Source: a virus (taxonomy: Duplodnaviria; Caudoviricetes). From it: 30,097 bases of DNA. The stretch covers positions 1 to 30,097 of IMG/VR virus record IMGVR_UViG_3300016464_000258; one strand, 5' to 3'. Each line of letters begins with the position of its first letter. Position 1 is the first letter of the stretch. The notes under the pieces are model-generated. The model made no database searches. It saw only the letters and a program-made list of their open reading frames with translations, and was not told the origin of the DNA. Both the position numbers and the translations under genes were made by a program. Below are positions 8,728 through 16,600 of the stretch, in pieces.

Positions 8728-10275
8728 TTAAGAGGTTGGGTCCTCGTTTGATCTGATTACGCGGTCAACAGGGTTGTCAGCGTTGAAGCTGAGGTTTCCA
8801 GGTACGTTGTATCCAGTTGTAGCAGAGGTTCCAGCTGTAGCTGAAGATGCACTAGCAGCAAATGGAGCTGCAGCAGATGTAATAGCAGAGCTTCTAGTTA
8901 CAACTAGAGTTCCAGTGTTTGCATCTACTCCATCTACACCAGCAGTTACAGTAGCGGTAAACGTGTTTGCATCGGTAACCGTAATTGCAACGTTGCTAAT
9001 GTTTAGAGTAGTCTTAGCAAATCCAGTAATTGTAACTGTTTGACCTGTAACTAGACCATGGTTTGCCTTGGTATAAGTTCCAGTTGTTGAAGCCAAAGTT
9101 CCAGCTAGACCTGTAAGGGTTCTCTTGTAAGTTATGGTTGTTCCACTTGTAGGAGATACAGCAGTGTAAGTACCGTTGAATACGTTAACAGTTGCTACTG
9201 CCGAGCCGCTGTTAACAGCGACGCTAGTAACAGCTGCACCATTTGTTTTATTGTAAACAATGGTTGATCCAGTTGTACCTGACGCACATGCATAGGTTCC
9301 ATCAAATGCACTGTCACCAATTGAAACAGTAATTCTGTCTCCAACTACTAAGCTGTGTGCAGCAGATGTAGTTAAGGTAACTTGGCTAGTAGTTGCTGCT
9401 TTATTAGTAATTAGAACAGTTCTATCAGCACCAGCTACAGAAATTGAATCACCAATAACATAAGTGTGAGTAGCAGATGTTGTCAAAGTAATTGTTCCAT
9501 CAGTTGCCATAGCGGTGTTGGAAACTTTGAAGTTAACGCCATCAAGTGAGTCAACTGCAGCGTAGTTTGGAGTACCAAGTTCGGCACCGCCTTCGCCAGC
9601 GTAGTTCCAAGTGTAGAATCCGTTAAGACCTACTGGAGCCCACGAGTTACGTGCATATGCATATGGACGCTCGGTAGCGGTTGGGAACTCCCAACGTCCG
9701 TCGATACCAGATGCAAAGTTAGCGTTTCCTAGACCGTAGCCCTGGAATGTGTTAGCAAGAACACCGTTCTCAATAACACGGTCACCTGATTGACGTAGTT
9801 TAACAAATGGGAATACCCAGTGGAAGTAAGGACGAGCACTTGCGCGCTTTCCATCCTTAACAGCCCATGACCAAGCTTCGATTGCAACACCGAAACCAGC
9901 TGGATCATCGCCAACGCCTGGAGATGCCCAACCTACGGATAGGTTGTTTGCAGAAGCAAAGGTTCCAACGTTCTTGCGAAGCAGCAAACCACCTGACAAT
10001 AGAGCAGAAAGCTCTGGATCTGGCTCACAGATTGCAAGTTCCATGGTAATACGCTTTAGAGTGTCTGGAGACTTAAATGTAACACAGACTGCACCGTTAG
10101 CGCCTTTTTCGGTGATCTCGTCACCTTCTTCATATTCAGGTGTAAATGACAGACGCATAAAAGCTGAGGTTGTATAGCTGTCACCCGGCCCTGTTTGTAG
10201 GTTGCCAGCTGCGTCCAAGCGGGTGACACGGATTGACACACCTTGGATGCTGGCTGCATATTCTTGAGTAGGCAT
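8728..10275 (-). CDS. Major tail (tube) protein with C-terminal decoration domains (515 aa)
   Basis: The N-terminal core (SIRVTRLD, FTPEYEEGDEITEKGANGAVC, ELAICEPDPEL, VAIEAWS, YFHWVFPF) is typical of actinophage tail tubes. It is followed by Thr/Ala-rich H-x-L/Y-x-x-G-D/Q-x-I/V-T/S repeats. AAGGAG RBS upstream. Confidence 0.88.
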   Translation of the reverse strand: MPTQEYAASIQGVSIRVTRLDAAGNLQTGPGDSYTTSAFMRLSFTPEYEEGDEITEKGANGAVCVTFKSPDTLKRITMELAICEPDPELSALLSGGLLLRKNVGTFASANNLSVGWASPGVGDDPAGFGVAIEAWSWAVKDGKRASARPYFHWVFPFVKLRQSGDRVIENGVLANTFQGYGLGNANFASGIDGRWEFPTATERPYAYARNSWAPVGLNGFYTWNYAGEGGAELGTPNYAAVDSLDGVNFKVSNTAMATDGTITLTTSATHTYVIGDSISVAGADRTVLITNKAATTSQVTLTTSAAHSLVVGDRITVSIGDSAFDGTYACASGTTGSTIVYNKTNGAAVTSVAVNSGSAVATVNVFNGTYTAVSPTSGTTITYKRTLTGLAGTLASTTGTYTKANHGLVTGQTVTITGFAKTTLNISNVAITVTDANTFTATVTAGVDGVDANTGTLVVTRSSAITSAAAPFAASASSATAGTSATTGYNVPGNLSFNADNPVDRVIRSNEDPTS

Positions 10276-10310
10276 TGCCTTTTCTCCTTCTTATTAGGTT
10301 AGTTAGTTGT

Positions 10311-11402
10311 TTATGCTGCTGTCAAATCGACACGAACAGCGAGGTGTATCGAGGTATCAAAGTAAACCGCAGCCGGGCGGATCGCTTTTAGCCTCATGTC
10401 ATTTTGGTTTGATGCGACAGCATAGGCTTGTGCCAAGTTGTCGTTTACGACATCAACATCTCCGAGGTAAACTCGAATAGTTCCAGTGCCATAAATCCAT
10501 TTTGCAGAAATAGTTCCAAGCTGCTGAATATATCCAGTAACTGCTTCTTGAGCAGCATTCGTGGAACTTGCAATAGTAATTGTTACAGTATCGGCGTCAA
10601 CTTTGCTGACAACTGCTGTTGAAGTAGAAGATTGGTTGATGTTAGCTCCAACTACTGAAAAACGAACTGTATCTCCAGCTAACAAATAGTGTGGAGTAGA
10701 TGTGTTGATAGTTAGAGTAGTGTTTCCAGTTATTGCTGCAGTAGCAACTGAAATACGAGGACCATTGCCTGTATAGCCAGAACCAGTAACAACTGGAGTT
10801 CCGCCCATAGTTTGCAAATGATCTTTAACTTGCTCATGGAAAAGCATGTTTGAGTTACTTGAAAGAAGAGCAACTACGTCACGAGTAGCGTGAATGATTC
10901 CTTGTTCGCCGGCATGAGAAGCCCTAGCAATTCCATGCTCCAAAACAGCTAGAGCTCTTTTTGAAGAAAGTCCGGCTCCATCTAAAACTGTTACTGAAGA
11001 AGATGTTAAAGCTCTGTTTGAGTGCCCTGTTGCAATTCTAATTGCTCCGTCCCAAAGCTCTTCTTCAATCGCTCTCTGAGAAGTTGCATCACACTGACGC
11101 TTAATTCTAGCCATTCTGTCAATACCTAGAAAACCTAAAGTAGAACGATCTTCTTGCACTTCAATAAAGAAAGGCTTAATTTCGTCATAATATACAACAG
11201 TGTTGTCGCCAGCAATTTTTGTCTCATTAATGTCTGTAGAATCTACATTGTATAGAGCGTAAACATCTGTCTCCCACTCTTGAGAAAAACCTCGGACCCA
11301 CTTATCTTCTGGTCCAGTAATTGGATCAACTACAGCAAGTAGGCCAAAAGCAGAAGGCACAATCTTTGGCGCTTCTATAACACCGTTATTTGGAAAAGCC
11401 AT
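10311..11402 (-). CDS. Second capsid protein (pentamer-type) with an inserted beta domain
   Basis: Follows the major capsid gene. Motifs SQRAIEEELWDG, GIIHATR, LQTMGGTPVVTGSGY and WIYGTG resemble pentamer-type capsid proteins of cluster B-like actinophages. ATG at 11402 with AAGGA 7 nt upstream is preferred over the TTG at 11408. Confidence 0.72.
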   Translation of the reverse strand: MAFPNNGVIEAPKIVPSAFGLLAVVDPITGPEDKWVRGFSQEWETDVYALYNVDSTDINETKIAGDNTVVYYDEIKPFFIEVQEDRSTLGFLGIDRMARIKRQCDATSQRAIEEELWDGAIRIATGHSNRALTSSSVTVLDGAGLSSKRALAVLEHGIARASHAGEQGIIHATRDVVALLSSNSNMLFHEQVKDHLQTMGGTPVVTGSGYTGNGPRISVATAAITGNTTLTINTSTPHYLLAGDTVRFSVVGANINQSSTSTAVVSKVDADTVTITIASSTNAAQEAVTGYIQQLGTISAKWIYGTGTIRVYLGDVDVVNDNLAQAYAVASNQNDMRLKAIRPAAVYFDTSIHLAVRVDLTAA

Positions 11403-11430
11403 GTTCAAATCCTTAATTTAAAATCTTATT

Positions 11431-11474
11431 CCCGCTATCGGGGTGGCCTTTTTCAAGACCACCCCAACAACGAG
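11431..11474 (-). terminator. 20-bp GAAA-tetraloop hairpin between the two capsid genes
   Basis: The minus-strand RNA reads CUCGUUGUUGGGGUGGUCUU-GAAA-AAGGCCACCCCGAUAGCGGG. Continuous pairing needs several G-U pairs, which exist only on this strand. Confidence 0.8.
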
Positions 11475-11487
11475 GGGGTTATCGGGT

Positions 11488-13515
11488 TTAGAACTCGATA
11501 GTTGTGGCGGTTGTAGCACCAAGGGTGTCACGGAGAGCTGAAGCAGCACCGTTGACGTTAATGGTTGATGTAATCTTTAGAGACTCAATACCAACCTTTG
11601 CGACGTTCTCGAAGGTTTCAAGGAACATCAAGTAGTCGTTAGTTCCAACAAGGGTGCTGTCACGAACGATACCTAGGTCTAGAGTTCCACCGTCTAGGAA
11701 TACGAAAGTACCCTCTGCGAATAGATACCAGACTAGGCTGTTTGGGAATGGGTTCAAAGCAGCAGAATCAGACTGACCGGTGATCAGTGTGTTTGAGCTG
11801 GTGTCTGAGTCCATGTAAGGAACGACAGTTACGTTCAGAGCTGATAGGTAGCCATCGATCTCTGCTTTAGAGACTGATAGGGTACCGTCACCTGGCATAG
11901 CCAAAGCTAGGTCAGCTGCCATTGCATCGTAGAACCATACAGGAATTACACACTGTAGTTGGGTCTCAGGTGCTAGGCGGTGACGCTGGCGGTAACCAAC
12001 AGCTGCGCGACGAACCTGTAGCAAGAAGTCACGGCCGAAACCTAGAACGCTGCTAGTGGTAACTGCTGTTGAAGCGCTTGCGATACCTGCAACAAGTTGC
12101 TGCTCAGCTTCGCGAGCGTGCTGTACAAGAGCAATCTCGTTGTGGCGTGCAATTAGCTCTGGGTAAGCACGAGTCATCAAGTTACCGAACTTGATCTGTA
12201 GAGTCATAGCGTAGGTTGCTACGGTGTTCTCATAAGATGAAGTTACAGTCAAGCTGGTCTTTGAGTTAGAACCTGGGGTCAGGTCAGTTCCAGCAGTCCA
12301 CTGACCAACAGCGTTGTCGTAAGACAATCTTGAAGTTGCTACAGTGGTGTTGTTGCTGAAGCCCAAAGCAAGGCTTGGTGGAGTGATGAATCGGATACCA
12401 CCGCGGTCAGCCTGGAAGCGAGGCAATGCATCGCGAACTGGGCGAACGTTGGTTGAACCAATCGAGTAGATGTCGTACTTGACTTCGAATGGAGCAGCGT
12501 GACCACCGGAAGCAACAAGTGCCTCTGGACCAGCTACTGCCTGGATCTTTGCCATGTTTGACTCTGCGTCAGTGGTGAGGACGCGCTCTTCTGGATACGA
12601 AGTGGTTAGAGATGCAACAATGTGCTGTTCTCCGTCTCCTCCGTTGACACGACGTAGAGAGTGGAGACGCTTCTCCATAGCTACTGCTACCTCGTACATG
12701 TCTTTAATTTCGCTGCCTGCGGTGTAGCCAGGAATGTCAGCACCAGCGGTAATCGCTACCGGTGCTGGCTCTGAAACCTGAACTACAGGCTGACGGTCAG
12801 CTGGAGCCTCAAAAGGCTGTTCTGCTGTGGCGGTCACTGGGGCCTGCCCTTCCTGCTCTTCTGGAGCAATAGTACTTGATTGTGGTTCTTCAACAGAAAA
12901 CTCGGTGTCTTCTGCTGGGACTTCAACTTCGGCGTCTTCGACGACTTCGGCTGGAGCCTCTTCTGGTGCTGGAGTCTCTTCTACAACTTCAGCGATTGGA
13001 TTTTCTTCGGTTGAAAGTTCAGAACCTTCTACCGCGGTAGCAGACGCATCGACAGATTCGGTGGAGTATTCAGAATCAGATTTCTTCTTCTTGTACTCGT
13101 CATCCTCTTCCTCAGGAGTCTCGCCTTCAACTTCAGGAGCTTCCTCTACGGGCTCTCCCTCAACTGGGGCTTCTTCTGGAGTCGCTGGGACATCCTCTAC
13201 TGGAACTTCTTCCACTACAGGCATATCTTCACTTGGCATATCACCCTCCATAGGCTCCTCGTCACTTCCCTTAACGCGCATAGCAGCTTCTGCAGCTTGC
13301 GAAGCAAGCTCTTGGGCGGCCATCTCACGCTGCTTGGTTTCGCCGCGAACGGCGTCAAGCATGTCGGCAAGTGACGTCATAGCGTCAACTGACTCGGCGG
13401 TAGGCTCCTGGGATTCAAACGATTCAAATTCACTAATGATCTGGTCTTGTAGAGCTGAGATTTGTTCATCTGTAAGCTCTGACAAGCGATCAACCTGTGA
13501 TCTAATCTGGTCCAC
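11488..13515 (-). CDS. Major capsid protein (hexamer-type) with N-terminal acidic scaffold/delta-like region (675 aa)
   Basis: Motifs AITAGADIPG, ALVASGGHAAP...YD and RPVRDALPRFQADRGGIRF, plus GTFVFLDGGTLDLGIVRDSTL..TNDY, match actinophage HK97-fold capsids. GTG start with AAGGAGG RBS at 13523-13529. Confidence 0.92.
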   Translation of the reverse strand: MDQIRSQVDRLSELTDEQISALQDQIISEFESFESQEPTAESVDAMTSLADMLDAVRGETKQREMAAQELASQAAEAAMRVKGSDEEPMEGDMPSEDMPVVEEVPVEDVPATPEEAPVEGEPVEEAPEVEGETPEEEDDEYKKKKSDSEYSTESVDASATAVEGSELSTEENPIAEVVEETPAPEEAPAEVVEDAEVEVPAEDTEFSVEEPQSSTIAPEEQEGQAPVTATAEQPFEAPADRQPVVQVSEPAPVAITAGADIPGYTAGSEIKDMYEVAVAMEKRLHSLRRVNGGDGEQHIVASLTTSYPEERVLTTDAESNMAKIQAVAGPEALVASGGHAAPFEVKYDIYSIGSTNVRPVRDALPRFQADRGGIRFITPPSLALGFSNNTTVATSRLSYDNAVGQWTAGTDLTPGSNSKTSLTVTSSYENTVATYAMTLQIKFGNLMTRAYPELIARHNEIALVQHAREAEQQLVAGIASASTAVTTSSVLGFGRDFLLQVRRAAVGYRQRHRLAPETQLQCVIPVWFYDAMAADLALAMPGDGTLSVSKAEIDGYLSALNVTVVPYMDSDTSSNTLITGQSDSAALNPFPNSLVWYLFAEGTFVFLDGGTLDLGIVRDSTLVGTNDYLMFLETFENVAKVGIESLKITSTINVNGAASALRDTLGATTATTIEF

Positions 13516-13640
13516 TACTGGGCCTCCTTAATAGGACAGTTGATAATGCTCAGGGGCGAGCATTATGCTAATCGGTTCAAGGTAAAGGGACTTTGGCGCA
13601 TGAAAGCGAAAGGCACTCCACCTAGCTAATATTTTACATT
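13516..13640 (-). promoter_or_regulatory. Putative promoter (-10 TAAAAT at 13636-13631) and structured 5' leader of the major capsid gene
   Basis: AT-rich upstream tract and a TAAAAT hexamer. Two hairpins follow (about 13580-13623, and a perfect 9-bp stem at 13543-13566), then the RBS. Confidence 0.55.
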
Positions 13641-13660
13641 AGTTTTTACTTGTTTATTAT

Positions 13661-16600
13661 TTAAGTTAGTAGTCTGAGCATTCTAGTCATAACAGACGAG
13701 ATATCTGCCTGATTAAATAGGTCTCCGCCACGCATAAATTCCTCTATGTCTGCAACAGCTTCCTTGCTCTCCTTCTCACCTAATTTTTGACCAACTCTAT
13801 CGACCATATTTGTCATAAGGTTTTTTAGGGCTGGCGGTAGATCGCTAAACCTAAGTTTGGCGTTCTGATCATCAAAGGGAAGAGGTAAATTACCAATAAC
13901 TTCCCCTAATTCTCTTGATGCTGCACGGACATTCTCTAGGGAAGGTCCGGTCAGAGAGTTTGAATCTATACGATCTAGAAGCCCGATAAGGCTTTGGGCA
14001 GCATCGGCTGCTTCTTCATAGCTTCCAGTTTTATAGATTTTTTCAACATTACTTACTTCATCGACTACATCCTGAAGCCCAGAAGTACCAAGATCTAGCT
14101 TTAATCTGCCTAAAACATCTTGGAACCTACCGGCATAGTCACGCGGCTGATTGACTCCGGGAATGAATTTGAATCCTTCTTCTTCAGGATTACCGATAAC
14201 TTCCTTGTTTCCTTCTGAAGGAACAGGTACGTTATCTTCCATTACCGGGACCGGAGCTTCCTCCGGTGCAGATCCATCAGCCGCCAATGCTTTTCCCAGG
14301 CGACTCTTGACTGCTTCAACACGAGACTGAAGATCATCGGCACTAGCCACTACAGGATCTTCTAGAGTTGAAGTTTTAGCAGCAATTCTTGCTCTAAGGT
14401 CTTCGGCACTTGCAGTAACTACATCTTCAGAGTTGGCTTTCCAATTTTCAGGAATTAGGTGGCGAACATTCAGTTTGCCAGCCATCTTGATGATGTGCTT
14501 TTTAACAGCCGATCTCTTGCTTTCTTTTGCACGTCCATAAGCGTGAATAGCTGCTCTAAGATCTTCTACGTTTCGAATAGGGAAAGATCCATCTGGAAGA
14601 GCTTTACCTTCTTTAGCTAGACCTTCTCTAACTTCACGGGAAATGTATGTAAGTTCTCCATCACGTACTCTTGCAGATAGCTCTGCAATTTTGCTTGAGT
14701 AGTCTTCAACTTTTTGTTGAGAATTAGAAGAAGAAAGTTCAACAAATCTTAGATTTTCCAATCTTTCAATACGAGCAGCAAGCTCAGCCGTAGGGTCAAG
14801 CTTCATCTTAGCTAAAGGTAGAGCACCGGCTGCAACAAGAGCCATAACTGCACCTGAAGCAACACGAGCACGTGCGATTGGGAAGCCTGGAACGTTTACC
14901 TGGCAAACAGCTACTAGCTCAAGAGAACCACGAATAGGTCTCCAGTCACCTGAAGGAGCTGAAGCACGAAGTGCACGGATCTGCTCTGGCTTAGCATCAG
15001 GTCTCAATGCACCTGCTACCCAGATACCATAAGCATCTTCTCCAGCATGTACATCAGCGATTGCCGATGCAGTGTCATCGTAGTGCTTAACTGCTTCAGC
15101 TGCACTTGCTTCTAGAGAAGCATGTCCACCCGCTAGAGTAAGCTGACCTACTGGAATGTCTTTACCAGAAGTAGTTCTAACTACTCCTGTGTGAAAATAT
15201 GCGTAGTTACTCTTGCTACGCGGTGGCTTTGTTCCATATGCCAATCCAATGTGATCAACATTCCAAGCTGCAATATGTCCAAAAACTCTACCGCTGTCGT
15301 CAACAGTAATAGGAGTAGCCTTATCTAGCTTGGGATTGTCAAACCACTCGGTTGGCGGAACGACTGGGATTGCGCCCGCAATGATGCCGCAAGCAATTAA
15401 AGCTTGAGCATTTGCGTAATCCGAGTCATCTTGATAGATGCCGTCGGCAATCATACTTTCCTCCTGAGGGGTATTGGTAGTTTTTTCTATAATTATTTTG
15501 CATTCTTGAAATGCTGGCTTAGGTACAATTGTAACAGCCATTACACGTGCTTTGTTTATAGAAAGTTTGCTCTTTCCTAGATCGTCGTCGCCTTCTGCAG
15601 CTTCGTTTTTGATCTCCTTTGCTTCAAACTGATCGAGATCAGCTGAGACACCTTTTATAAACCCATTCTCAATTAGTCTTTGAACTTCGCGACCATACGG
15701 GCTAGTATCAAAAACACCATAAGCATTTCCAATTCCCTGAGAAGTTCTTTCCATGTAATCGATTCGACCCACAACTACGGAACCCATATGACCTTCAGCG
15801 GTTTTCATTTGCCACATCAAAGGTAGAGGTAACTCCCTGATACTTAGCGAGCCTTTCTTAAACTGACGTCCATCTCCAGACTCCATGTCCTCTGGAATTA
15901 CTAGAGGGATCTTAAACTTTAATCCTTCGGTGATTATGCCAGCAGCAGAAGTCAAACCTACTCGTCTTTTTGCGTCGTGAGCTTTGGCAAAAACTTCTGA
16001 TTTAACAAGAATATTGTCCGTGGATTCCAGTACTTCTGTGCTAAATACATTTCTTCCGCCTTTTTTACGTCCATACAATTGACGGTGTTTTTTGTCTCCA
16101 GTCCACATGCCAGTCATCTCTCTATGACGTAGAGCACAGTATCCTTTTGCACGCGGGCCGAGATACTTTTCTAGCTGTCTAACGCAACGAGTCCAGTCCC
16201 CCCCGGTACCCCAACGAATCTTTAGACCACCTTTACCAACAGTCCAATAACGTCTAAGCTCTTCCGCTTTGCCTCTATTTCTGTCAAGACCTCCGGCAGC
16301 GGAAAGTGCATTAGGACCCCACAAAACTGTAAGAATGTGGTCTATATCCATCAAAGCAGAAGCAGTAGTTGGCTGGGTAGATTCATCTACCTGCAAAAGA
16401 ACATCGTTTAGGGTAGCTTTATCTAATGGAACTACTGGCGGCGGAGTTGCTGATTTAAAGTCATTTAAAACTCTAGGGTCACGAAGCCACTTACCGCCTT
16501 TACGAATATAAGTCATAGGCTTAGGAGATACAGAGCTTTCTGGAACTATAGCAACAAGATTTAAAACTGCTCTTGGATCGTCCTGGGCAACTATAGCTAG

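Noticed and set aside
12827-13531. 234-aa plus-strand Ser-rich ORF
   Set aside because: Antisense shadow of the Glu/Pro-rich capsid N-terminus. Low complexity, and no plus-strand expression context.
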